From an uncultured virus (IMG/VR IMGVR_UViG_2061766007_000557) (Duplodnaviria; Heunggongvirae; Uroviricota; Caudoviricetes): 64,000 bases of DNA. The notes beneath the pieces are model-generated. The model saw only the letters and a program-made list of their open reading frames with translations. It was not told the DNA's origin and searched no databases. A program made the position numbers and the translations under genes. The stretch lies in the IMG/VR virus record IMGVR_UViG_2061766007_000557. One strand, written 5' to 3'. Positions within the stretch are counted from its first letter, which is position 1. Each line of letters begins with the position of its first letter. Positions 1 through 10,838 of this stretch are shown in pieces.

Positions 1-2686
1 AAAAGTAAAAGTTTCGACATCTCCTGTAAACGCATTTTTTCCTATATTAGCTGCTGATTCTAGTAATATTACTAGTGGAAATACTTATACATCCATTTAT
101 GATTCAGGCTTAAAAATAAATCCATATTTCCATAGTTTTGCCGAAGGATTGAGTAATACTGCATACGCACATGCATCTCATGCTGAAGGTTTAGGAACTC
201 AAGCATTAAATGAAGCAGAGCATGCAGAAGGAACATATAATAAATCTAATAATATTTTAAATATTGAATTTATTGATTTAGGTTTACCAAGTGGAACAAA
301 ATGGGCGAAGTATAATATTGGTGCAACTAATGGAAATACAGCAATATCTTGGTATGGAAACTATTATTCATGGGCGGAAATAAATGCAAGAACAGTAGAT
401 TATAATGAAGGAACCTGTTAGCCACCATGTAATTGGAATAATTGTTAGTATGCCAATGGCGAATATAATAAATTAACTAAATATTGTCCTAGTGATAAAT
501 CAAACTATTGGGACGGTGATGGGAGTCCAGATGATTTAATAAATTTGGAAGATAGTGATAATATTGCAATTTAGACTTTAGGTGGTCAATGGACTATACC
601 TACTAAAGAACAATTACAGGAATTAATTGATGAAACAGATTATGAATGGATAACTGATTATTAGGACATATCTGGACTAAATGGTTATATATTTAGAGGT
701 AATGGACAAGAGTTATTTTTACCAGCTGCAGGTTATTGTTACGATTCAGAGCTCAAAAATGTTGGTAATAAAGGTGAATATTGGTCTTCTAGTCTTAACG
801 AAGATATTCCTAGCAACGCTTGGGACTTGTCCTTTTATTCTAATGACATAGACTTGAACTACTACTACCGTTACAACGGTTTTAGTATTCGTCCTGTTAT
901 AAGTGCTTTGAACTAGAATACGTCCGAAACGAATTCTGAAACAGAAATGCACACACTACATAGTGTGGGTATTGGAACTAGTGATGAAGATCGCCGAAAT
1001 GCTATCGAAATTATGTCAAATGGCAACGTCTATATTAATGGTGTTGGGAATTATGATGGAACAAATCCAGATGAGGCTGAAACTCTTTAGAATTCATTGA
1101 CTGATTTAATTCCAATTACATATGATGATTTACTTCAAAAAGTTAATTCTAAATTATTAATTCCAGGAAAAAAATATTTAATTACTGATTATATTACAAA
1201 AATTAACAATTCAGATTTTACATCTCTTGAGAAGAAATATGATGGTATTGTGTGTGAAGCAATTTCAAATTCAAAATTGTCAAAAAATAATTGTAAAGCT
1301 TTATTTACAATACCTGGAAGTGGTTAGCAAACTACTAATGAAGATGTATATATTTGGATTGATAATTTTCCTGAAAGTATAATTGAAGATGAGCCAGATA
1401 TATTACAAAATTATCATGACGACTTTAGAAGATATTTTGAGGGCTCAAAATTACATAGACTTGGGCAGATAGAATTTGAAAATGAATCTTATTGGTTATG
1501 GGAATATGTAACAAATAATGGGCTTGGTAGTGATAATTGGCTTCCAGATGTATAGTATGCACTAACTTTAGAATCAGACTTTGAAGGAAATACATTAGTA
1601 GATGATGTTACTAATATTAATCGTCCTATTTTATATTATCTAGGATCTGATAAATCTCAAATAGACTATGGTGGAGATGGAGATAAACATGATGAATATG
1701 CATGGGTAGTTGTTAAACAAGAAAAATATACATATAACCCAACAACAATTACATCAAATACTATATATGTAGAAAAATTTTCATATGATCCATTAAGCAA
1801 TGATATAGATTAGAGTTATTATGAAGAAACTAATTTTTATGAAGAGGGAGCAGGCACAACAAATGAATATAAATTAAGAGGGACTCTTGAATGGGATGAT
1901 AATGAATATTATTTATGGGAATTAACTAGTGGACATGCAATTGATGATGATCAAACATAGTATAGTTGGATGTTAACGAAAACTGCAGATTTTACTGGTT
2001 TATCATTATAGGATGATTATGAAAATAATAGATATTGTCCATGTTATTGTTTCTTAAATGAAGATAAATCTGAAGCATATTTAGATGGGTATAATTATAA
2101 CACTCACGAAATTCTTTTAATTCAAGCTGTTTATGATTCATCTCTTCCAGAAGTTGAGCCATTATCTGGTGGAGGTGGTGGAGAATACATAGCACCTAAA
2201 AAAGTTGAATGGAAAATTGGCTATGATATAATTAATAAATTTGAAGGACATAAAGGAACTATTCTTTATATGGAAGATGAATATGGGAATTCTGCAAACT
2301 TTGATTTTAAAAATATTAAATCATATAAATACGGATTTCTATTTGGTGGGGAAGAAGATTTATCATTAAATGGTGTATACAAAGAAAATAAAGTTCTTGG
2401 AGAATTAAGAGAATTTTCGATATGTTCTGAAATATGTCATGGATCTATATTTACTCAAAATTGTATTGGAACAATTTATTAGGATTTAGAAAATTGTGAA
2501 GTAAGTTATGATTATAATCAATTTATAGTTTTTGATCCATATCATCATGACACACTAAATAATATTTTAATAGAACATCAAAAAAATATTGAAGATATCG
2601 ATACAGTTACTTCCTCACTTTTAGTTGATCATGAAGACAGAATTAGAGAATTAGAATCTAAAATTGAACAGTTATTAAATGCATAA
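1..2686 (+). CDS. Tail fibre/receptor-binding protein, 5'-partial (>894 aa, TAG=Gln): HAEG repeats, internal CLec-like (Fib_succ_major-like) domain, tandem internal modules, C-terminal coiled coil
   Basis: Frame open from nt 2 to TAA 2684-2686 if TAG is read through; joins track ORFs 149, 1097 and 2270. Motifs HAEG, IDLGLPSGTKWA, FLPAAGY, YWSSSL, SIRPV, LHSVGIG. Confidence 0.8.
722..898 (+). repeat. DGR variable-region-like segment, family A, copy 1 (internal, eroded)
   Basis: Codon-colinear with 7362-7538 (PAAGY...WSSSL...RPV); run of NAC codons (GAC TTG AAC TAC TAC TAC CGT TAC AAC). Confidence 0.6.
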
Positions 2687-3533
2687 TAAATCAATTATAA
2701 TAGGCTCGTATTATTTTTTTAATAAATTTAAAGATTATAAGGTTCATGATATTGACAAATTAGTCATTTGTGACAATTTGCCAGTATCAACCTTAAATCT
2801 TAGAAGAAATAATGAAGATATATTCTTCATTAAAAAATGTTCTAAAGAAAAATTATTTAAAGAACATTTAACAAAAGAGAATCCTTTAAAAGCTGGAAAA
2901 TTTTTAATTCCAGAAGTGTGTGAAAATCTTAATATAACATTAGAGGATCTTGAACAATATGTAAAACCTATTTTAAATTCTGTAGATCATAAACATCATT
3001 ATTAGCAATTAATATTAGCTTATTATATTACTAATAAGAAAATGTCTCTTACTGAAGAGCAGTTAAATTATGTTTATGTTGACTACAAATTAACTAGATA
3101 TCAATTATATTATAATGCATTAAAAATAGGTTCCTGGGTATTTTTTGATTAGTTTCTTGATTATAAAATACATGATTTAGATTATTGTGTTTTTGAAAAT
3201 AATATATATAAACATACTTATAATAAAGAAACAAAAGAAGATATTCATGTATTACCATCTAATAATAAATCTGAATTAATAAAATATTTCAAAAATATTA
3301 GAGGTAAAAATACTACAATGATTTCTATATTTTTGTATCCAGAAGTTATTAAAGAATTAAATATAACAATAGATGATTTAAAAGAAATAAAGTAGCAAAT
3401 AGAACCTTTAAAAACTATTAAGCCTTATTTATATGCAATTTATGAATTCTATTTGGAAAATAATGAGATGTCATTAACTTAGGAATAGATAGAAAAAGCT
3501 TACGAAATATATAAAGAATTTAAGAAAAAATAA
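2679..3533 (+). CDS. 284-aa protein with two tandem Pol-beta-like nucleotidyltransferase-type repeats (TAG=Gln)
   Basis: Read-through to TAA 3531-3533. Repeats IGSYYFFNKFKDYKVHDID and IGSWVFFDQFLDYKIHDLD, each followed by FLxPEV...LNITxxDL. Confidence 0.65.
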
Positions 3534-3535
3534 TT

Positions 3536-4561
3536 ATGAATATAAATTTAGTTAAGAATAAATTAGAGATTCCTAGCGAATTAGCTCCAAATGGAATTCT
3601 TATGAATGGAATGGAAATTCCTATTAATCTTAGTGGTGGATTTATAACTTCTTTTGAAGATACTTACGTTGGAGATTCATTACAAGATTTAAAACCTATT
3701 GCAGAAAATTGTGATTGTGTTGGTGCACTAATTAGTTATGATTCAACTACATAGAAATACACATTATGGAATGGTGATAAAAATGCAGAAGGATACTGGG
3801 ATCCTCATAAATATAGTGATGGAAGTGATTATGAACCATCTGATGAATATGGAACAGTTATTGCAGTATGTGCTGGACAAGGATTATGGCCATTTGTTGG
3901 TGATTGGAAAGGATTAGATTCTGAATATTTTAATAATATTATAATAGATGGTAATAATTAGGATCATGTTTGCAAAGGATATATGAATTGGGCATCTCCA
4001 AATTCTGATATATATAATACATATATTAGTAAAATGGCTAGAAATTTAAAAGGTTATGATAATACAAAACATTTATTTGATAATTTTGGGTCTACAATAA
4101 AAGCATGGAACCATTCTGCTATTACAGATGGAGAAGAGTTTAGTACATGGGATGATTATTATGCTGCATTAACTCCAATATGGGAATATTTATTAAAATC
4201 AGATTTTTCAACTATTGGAATTAACAAATGGGAATTAAATAATGATGGCAGTGTTTTAACCTATGGAGATTTATATATACCAAGCGACACTGAATTAAAA
4301 ACAATTTTTAGAAATGTATTTGATAATAACTAGGAAGGCGAAGATGGAGACACCGAAGATATTACTGAAGACTCAATGTACTATACATATTATCATAATA
4401 TTGGTAGACTAATTGGTTTTGTATCTGACTACTATTATTGGTCTAGTTCTTAGGGCCCAGGTTACAGGAGCGCTTTCAGCGCAGGCTCAAACGATGGCGG
4501 CGACGTATTTGGCGAGAATAAGAACGGCTACAACTTGTCTGTTGTCTGTCTACACTTTTAA
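3536..4561 (+). CDS. 341-aa putative receptor-binding protein with C-terminal CLec/DUF1566-like variable domain (paralog 1)
   Basis: Joins track ORFs 3536 and 3983 through TAGs to TAA 4559-4561; YYWSSSQ motif; full-length similarity to 4583-5647. Confidence 0.8.
4421..4558 (+). repeat. DGR variable-region-like segment, family B, copy 1
   Basis: GC-richer 3' end with many NNC codons; aligns with 5465-5598. Confidence 0.65.
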
Positions 4562-4582
4562 TAATTAAAAATTCCATAAACT

Positions 4583-5647
4583 ATGAGTATAATTAAATTA
4601 ATTAGAAATAAAAAAGATTTAGTATCTACATTGCCAGGAAAATCTATTATAATGAATGGGTTAAATGATAATTTTAATTTTGGAGGAGGTCATAGTGATC
4701 CAGAAGGAAGAGTAATTGTAGATCATTTTTCCAAAATTTATCAAGGTTCTTCATTAGCAGATTTAAAAGAAATTGGAGAAAATTGTAATTGTATTGGAGC
4801 TTTATTAGCATATGATGGTTCTAAATATACAATTTTTAATGGCAATAGTTCTGCAGCAGATTATTGGGATCCTTATAAGATCATACAAGAAGATGGGGAT
4901 CCTGCACCAGAAGAACCTCCTACTACATATGGAACAGTTTTAGCTGTATGTGCCGGTCTTGGTTTATGGCCAATTAAAGATTGGTATGGTATGAATGCAA
5001 CTGATATTAGTGTTACAATTGGCAGATCAACATCTACAGTGAAACAAGGATTTATGTGTTGGGCACCTAAAAATTCAGGCTTATATAATTCATTATGTCG
5101 TTCTTGTATAAAGGGAACAGGATTAGAAAATACTTATCATATATTTAATAATCATGGTGGAGAAATTTGTAATTGGAACCATGCAAAAATATAGGATGGA
5201 CAAACATTTACAAACTTGGATGCATATCGTGCTGCGCTAACTCCATTATGGGAACAATTAACTAAATCTCAGGTAACTGGTATTAAGGATTGGCAATTAG
5301 ATGAAAATGGGAATGTTACATAGATAGGAGATTTATATATACCAAATTAGCATGAGCTTGGTGAAATCATATGGAGTTGTTCTGATATTTATGAATCTAG
5401 TGATTTAGAAGAAGAATCTCAATATTTTAGCTACAATTCTAATATTGGTTCATTTTTAGGTTTTGTACCTGCCTACAATTATTGGTCTAGTTCATAGAAC
5501 CCAGATTACTTTAGCGCATTCTACGTAAACTCAAGCAATGGCTACGTAGAAGGCGATGATAAGGACAGTTACTACTTGTCTATTGCCTGCATTCATTTCT
5601 CTTCAGAAATTTCTCATCCAGTTCCAGAAGCAGTATCTTCTAATTAA
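4583..5647 (+). CDS. 354-aa putative receptor-binding protein with CLec/DUF1566-like variable domain (paralog 2)
   Basis: Read-through to TAA 5645-5647. Shares ENCxCxGAL, YWDPxK, YGTVxAVCAGxGLWP, ALTPIWE, GDLYIP and YWSSSQ with paralog 1. Confidence 0.8.
5465..5598 (+). repeat. DGR variable-region-like segment, family B, copy 2
   Basis: Many differences from copy 1 lie at codon positions 1-2 of NNC/NNT codons (GGC/AAC, AGC/TAC, AAC/AGC, AAC/GAC, AAC/TAC). Confidence 0.65.
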
Positions 5648-5655
5648 TAATAATC

Positions 5656-5820
5656 ATGACCCAAGAAGAACATAACTTACTTGTAGCAAATAATAAAATG
5701 TTGCAAGATATTATAAATTATATAGCAGAAAAGAAAGCTACAAAAGATGAAGAAGACTTTAAAGACTTCTTATCTAATGTTGTAGCAGATATGATAGTAA
5801 CAAGAAAATTTTAGCATTAA
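5656..5820 (+). CDS. 54-aa hypothetical protein
   Basis: ATG 5656, MTQEEHNLLVANNKMLQDIINY..., one TAG near the end, then TAA 5818-5820. Confidence 0.55.
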
Positions 5821-5878
5821 TATGACTTATTCAATTGATTTTATTGTAAATAATGGCAAATAGCCAACNNNNNNNNNN

Positions 5879-6104
5879 ACCAGAGAAGTATCATGAAGTT
5901 CTTGATGCTTGGAAGGTTGGTTATGAATTACTGTGGAATATACGGCAAGTAGAACACACTGAGGAGGAGTTAGTTGAATTGGAAGAGCAATACAATGCTT
6001 GGAAAATTGCTAATCCTAATTTAGTGGAAGATGTTGAGGCTCATGTACCTGTAAAGCCAGAACCTGAAGATAGCAGTGAATCTGATGAATCTTCTGAAGA
6101 ATGA
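5879..6104 (+). CDS. C-terminal fragment of an acidic hypothetical protein (5' end lost in gap)
   Basis: Open frame after the N-gap, ending at a TGA that overlaps the next ATG (ATGA). Confidence 0.5.
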
Positions 6105-6592
6105 AAGTCTATAACATAGGCATAATAGACCTACCAAATGCGTCAGGATATCCTTCTTGGCGCACTTGGTTGTACATGTTAAAGAGAATTACTACTGATA
6201 AGTCATATAAAGATGTAAACATCTGTGATGAATGGCTTATATTTAGTAATTTCTAGAAGTGGTATTAGAAGCATTATGTGAAAGGTTGGCAGTTGGATAA
6301 GGACTTAAAAGGACATAAATTATATAGTCCAGAGACGTGCGTGTATTTACCGGCGGAGATTAATTAGTGCTTACAGAGGCATAAAGGCGTAAAGATGGAA
6401 AATGACAAGTGGATTGCAGAGTATAGTCGAGGAGGAAGACTAGAACGTATCGGAGAGTACGATACGGAAACTGAAGCTAAAGAAGCTTATCTTGAAGAGA
6501 AGAGAAGCTATTTAGATTGGCTTATCCAATTGAATAGATTTTAGTTGGATAAGGATACGTAGGAATTATTGATGAATTATCAATTTGACTAA
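6101..6592 (+). CDS. Free-standing HNH-type homing endonuclease-like protein with AP2-like C-terminus (163 aa, 5 internal TAG)
   Basis: Absent from the track. Manual translation: WRTWLYMLKR...SYKDVNICDEWLIFSNFQKWYQKHYVKGWQLDKDLKGHKLYSPETCVYLPAEIN...IGEYDTETEAKEAY. Confidence 0.75.
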
Positions 6593-6632
6593 TATTTTTG
6601 ATTAAGTATAGAATAATTAAAAGATTTTAAAT

Positions 6633-7550
6633 ATGACTTATTCAATTGATTTTATTGTAAATAATGGCAAATAGCCAACTCCAGTTCCTGAATTTGTTGA
6701 CCTCGGATTAGCATCTGGAACTAAATGGGCAAAATATAATTATGGAGTTAACCCAGAACAATTAACTTCTGCTTCAGACTGGTATGGTCAATATCTAATG
6801 TGGGGTGAATTAGAGGAAAAAGAAGGATGGGATGGACAAGGAACTAAAGTTCCATATGACTGGTCTACTTATCAACATGCAAATGGCGCATCTAATAAAT
6901 TAACCAAATATTGTAATGATTCAAATTATGGAAATAACGGATTTACAGATGAATTGACGCAATTGGTTCCAGAAGATGATGTAGCTACAGTAGCTAATTC
7001 TGCATGGAGAATGCCTACTAAAGAAGATTTTGAAGAATTACTAGCAGGAACATCTAGCAGTTGGGTAGAAAATTATAATAGTATTGAAGGTTTGAATGGT
7101 AGAGTATTTATAAAAGCTAGTATTACACAACAAGCATTTAAAAATGTTACTTTATATTCTGAAATGTTTGAAGGTGAATTAACAGAAGAAACCTGGAATA
7201 TGGTAAAAATGTACACATTAGAAGAAATAAATGCATTAATCGGAGGGCAAGATATTAGAACTATGATATTTAAAGATGCAGAATATACAATACCTGCAGT
7301 TTATGGTACTGATTATGGATTTGTTGTAAAACAAACAGACCCATCCATTTCACTATTTATCCCTGCAGCCGGTTATCGTGATGGTTCTGATATCAGCGAT
7401 GTTGGTTCTGACTGTTACTTGTGGTCTTCGAGTCTTTACTTAGACGGCCCTGACAGCGCTTGCTACTTGGACTTCTATTCAGACAGTTTCAGCATGGGCT
7501 ACAACGATCGTCGCGATGGTTATAGCGTTCGTCCGGTTCTTGCAAATTAA
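6633..7550 (+). CDS. 305-aa CLec-like (Fib_succ_major-like) protein, probable DGR target
   Basis: ATG 6633 is in frame with track ORF 6798 via one TAG. FVDLGLASGTKWA, WRMPTKEDFEEL, FIPAAGY, LWSSSL, GYSVRPV at the C-terminus. Confidence 0.85.
7362..7538 (+). repeat. DGR variable-region-like segment, family A, copy 2 (C-terminal)
   Basis: Abrupt rise in C-ending codons (AGC, GAC, TAC, GGC, TGC, CGC) at the variable positions, in an AT-rich genome. Confidence 0.8.
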
Positions 7551-7560
7551 ATTATAAATT

Positions 7561-8324
7561 ATGACAAACATAATACTCTCAAGTATTGCTATACTTATAT
7601 TTACAGTATATAATATAGTGCTTATAAAAATGTATGGTGTTCCACAATCATTATCTCATACATTCTATTATCTTGAAGAACATAATCATTATGGTTGGTG
7701 GTTTACATTTATGATGTGGATAGTCAATCTAATGCTATTAGTTCCTTGGGCTTTAATTAATAATGGAATTTGTGATTGGAGCAAATACTTATGTTTCTTA
7801 CCAATATTAACAAACTTAAGTTTATTAGTTTCTTCTTATGCAGCAAATGCTAGAAAAAATGAGACATTAAAGATTGTTCATTTAACTGGCGCAAGAGTTG
7901 CTGCAGTTACAGCAATTTTATGGATTTGTATTTGTTGTTGGAAATATATGTGGGTTATTCCTGCTTGGATAGTATTTTGTGGAATATTAGCACATGCAAC
8001 AAAATCTGCTAAATTTGGTAGAGATTTNNNNNNNNNNATGGATTTGTATTGCTTGTTGGAAAATTGCTTATATAATTCCTATTTGGATATTAGTATTAGG
8101 TGGAATTGCTCATTTGACTAAAACTGCTAAAAAAGGTAGAGATTGGTGGTTAGNNNNNNNNNNAAAATATCTATCCTGGGGTGAATTAGAGGAGAAAGAA
8201 GGATGGGATGGACAAGGAACTAAAGTTCCATATGACTGGTCTACNNNNNNNNNNCTGGATTGAATGGGTTGCATTTGGACCTACTTTTACTTGTATATTA
8301 CTTGAAGCAATTTTACAATTATGA
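7561..8324 (+). CDS. Multi-pass membrane protein, paralog 1 (interrupted by assembly gaps and allelic fragments)
   Basis: Hydrophobic ORF 7561 to ~8027. Its probable 3' end WIEWVAFGPTFTCILLEAILQL-TGA lies at 8256-8324. Confidence 0.65.
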
Positions 8325-8863
8325 TATCATTTATTTTAGCTTGTATTGCAATAGGAATATTTGTTGCATATAATATAGTAACAACTAGTTTATTAGGTAA
8401 ATTACCTTATAGTATTTCAGGAACTTATTATCTTTTAAATGAAAAATATAAAGGATCTGGTATTGCATTTTCTATTATGATAATATCAGTATTTCTATTG
8501 TTATTATATCCTTGGATGTATATAACATTAGGAATAAGTTCCTGGAGCTAGTATTTATGTATATTACCATTTATATGTTCTGTTGGATGTATATTTGTTG
8601 GATGCACACCAAATATAAGAACTAGTAAACGAATTGAAAAAATACATACTATTTCTGCATTAGTTAGTGCTATTAGTGCTTTATTGTGGGTTTGTATTGT
8701 TTGTTGGAAGATTGCTTATATATTACCAATTTGTATTCTATTATTTGGCGGTATTTCTCATTTGACTAAAACTGCAAAAAGTTCTAGAGATTGGTGGTTA
8801 GAAATGTGTATATTTGTTCCAACATTTACAGCAATAATTATTGAAGGATTGTTATAGTTATGA
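8321..8863 (+). CDS. Multi-pass membrane protein, paralog 2 (180 aa)
   Basis: Read-through of two TAGs to TGA 8861-8863; similar to paralog 1 (PxSxSxTxYxL, YLCxLP, LWxCIxCWK, HxTKxAK). Confidence 0.8.
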
Positions 8864-9186
8864 AAAATTATTTAGAATTTTTTGAACCTGGAGGAGAGAT
8901 AGGACAAAAAGTATTTAAACGATTTTGGTCGAATACATTAAATCCTAAAAAGGATACATTTAATATCCCAAATCCAAGTATTATTGGTGGTAGTTATCAA
9001 ACTATTAAAGAAATATATAAACAAAAAGATGAACCAGAAACGCTTTATACTTGGGCTCTTCAGAAATCTCCCAATCTTGTTTGGTTTGCAAATAATAGTC
9101 ATGTGGACAGGCTTTCTGATGGGAATTGGGTTGTTAGTACCAATAATTCCAATAGAAATAGTAGTATTCCTATTACTGTTTAGTAA
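8860..9186 (+). CDS. Hypothetical protein overlapping the next gene
   Basis: ATGA-coupled to the upstream stop; ends TAG-TAA; overlaps 9029-9355 in another frame. Confidence 0.4.
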
Positions 9187-9355
9187 GGCATTAAATTACT
9201 GTTGGTACCACAGATCTTTCCTTTATATAAGCTGCTTTTCTTCCTATTGTTTATATACTTCCTGTTTATTTAATGATATAATAGGAATAGTATTAATCTC
9301 TTTAGTCTTATTATTAATATTTTATGGAATATGGAAAAAGAAAATAGTTATATGA
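9029..9355 (+). CDS. Small membrane protein
   Basis: Several hydrophobic segments and a YCWYHR motif; ATG 9029 preferred over the track start at 8984; ATGA overlap with the next gene. Confidence 0.65.
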   Translation: MNQKRFILGLFRNLPILFGLQIIVMWTGFLMGIGLLVPIIPIEIVVFLLLFSKALNYCWYHRSFLYISCFSSYCLYTSCLFNDIIGIVLISLVLLLIFYGIWKKKIVI

Positions 9356-9660
9356 AAAATATTGTAATTAAAGCTCTTGAAGTTTTATTAGATAAAATTA
9401 AAGCTGATTCTAGTAATATGACTGAAGAAGAAATGTTACAAGCTCTAGATTTATTAGAGAAAGCTAATCATGATAGAGGTATGAGTAAAGAAGAAGCTTG
9501 TAAATATTTAAATATGTCTAGATCTACTTTTGATACTTATATTAGAAATGGTTATATACCTAATGGACAAAAAAGATTAGGGTTTAAAGAGCTTTCTTGG
9601 TTATAGAGTGATTTAGATATTGCTGTTGAGAAAATAAAATAGAATTCTACTCTAAAATAA
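9352..9660 (+). CDS. MerR/excisionase-like HTH DNA-binding protein (102 aa)
   Basis: MSKEEACKYLNMSRSTFDTYIRNGYIP; read-through to TAA 9658-9660. Confidence 0.8.
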
Positions 9661-9680
9661 ACATTTTTCAAATATTTATT

Positions 9681-9714
9681 TTTTATATAAAGAAATTATT
9701 ATATTTTTGCATGA
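9681..9714 (+). promoter_or_regulatory. Putative promoter TTTTATAT-N13-TATTTTTG
   Basis: Contains the Bacteroidota -7 consensus TAnnTTTG; same architecture at 29681-29714; intergenic, upstream of the capsid operon. Confidence 0.55.
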
Positions 9715-9749
9715 AATCTGGAAAACTCTAGATATGTTAATAAGAAATA

Positions 9750-10805
9750 ATGATTAATAGTATGTACAACGACGAAGACGAATTATTTGGCGAGCCTGTT
9801 CAACAGGAAGTAAATGACCAAGACAATCAGCAAGACAATCAACAGAATGATGATGATTTCTTGCATTCTTATCATTATAATTTCGAAGAAGATGAAAATG
9901 AAATCTTCGGAGAAGAAAATAATGATAATGGTGAACAACATGATAATAAAGTTACCGAGGAAGAAGGTGATTTTATGTCAAAGTATTTAAAACGTAAAAA
10001 AGTAGATAAATCCAAAATTAGGATTTTGAATCAAGATACACAAGAAGAAGAAGAGGTAGATTTTGATACATTGAGTGATGATGAAAAAATTGCTCTTTTA
10101 GAAATGATTAATCAACCAATGTTATCAGATGCCGAAATAGATGCAATTAATTTTATGAGACAGCATAAACTTGCAGATTTAAATACTTATGCTGAATCTA
10201 TAAAACAACAAGTTATTAAAGAATTAGGAGAAAGTCCTAAGACTTCATCTATTAAAAATATATCAGATGACGACTTATTTAAATTCGATCTTATTGATAG
10301 ATATGGATTTGATGAGGAGAAAGATGCAGATGAAATAGAAGCAATTCTAGAAAAAGAAAAAGAAAACGAAAGTTTATTTAATAGAAAGATAACTGCTCTT
10401 CGTAAAGAATACGAAGAATTAGAAGAAAATCAAAGATTAGCAGAACAACAAGAAGTAGAAGCAGAGCAACAAAAACAATGGGAAGAATTAAAAGACAATT
10501 TAATTCAGGTTGCACAAAATACTGAGTTGTTACACGGTCTGGAATTAGACAACCAAGATAAAAACGAAGTTCTTTCATTTGTACTTGATAGAGATGAAGT
10601 AACTGGTGAATCAGAATTTATCAAAAAATATAATGATCCTGCTATGCTATTTAAAATGGCATGGTACGCGTTAAAGGGAGAAGAAGCTTTTAAGACAATT
10701 GAAGACTATTATAAAGGAAAATTGGCTGAAGCTCGTCGCGAAAACAAACAACAGTCTCAACAACAAAATTAGACTGTTAACCGCAGGCAACTGCTAAATA
10801 AGTAA
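9750..10805 (+). CDS. Acidic coiled-coil protein upstream of the capsid gene, putative scaffold (351 aa)
   Basis: D/E-rich; single TAG at 10770 within a Gln-rich tail; TAA 10803-10805; position next to the MCP gene. Confidence 0.7.
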
Positions 10806-10838
10806 ATTTTTTATTAATTTATATAGATATTTTAAGAT

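Noticed and set aside
746..952. Minus-strand 68-aa Val-rich ORF
   Set aside because: Antisense shadow of the NAC-rich VR-like segment.
5853..5878. Track ORF start MANSQ
   Set aside because: Off-frame reading of a duplicated gene start, joined across an N gap.
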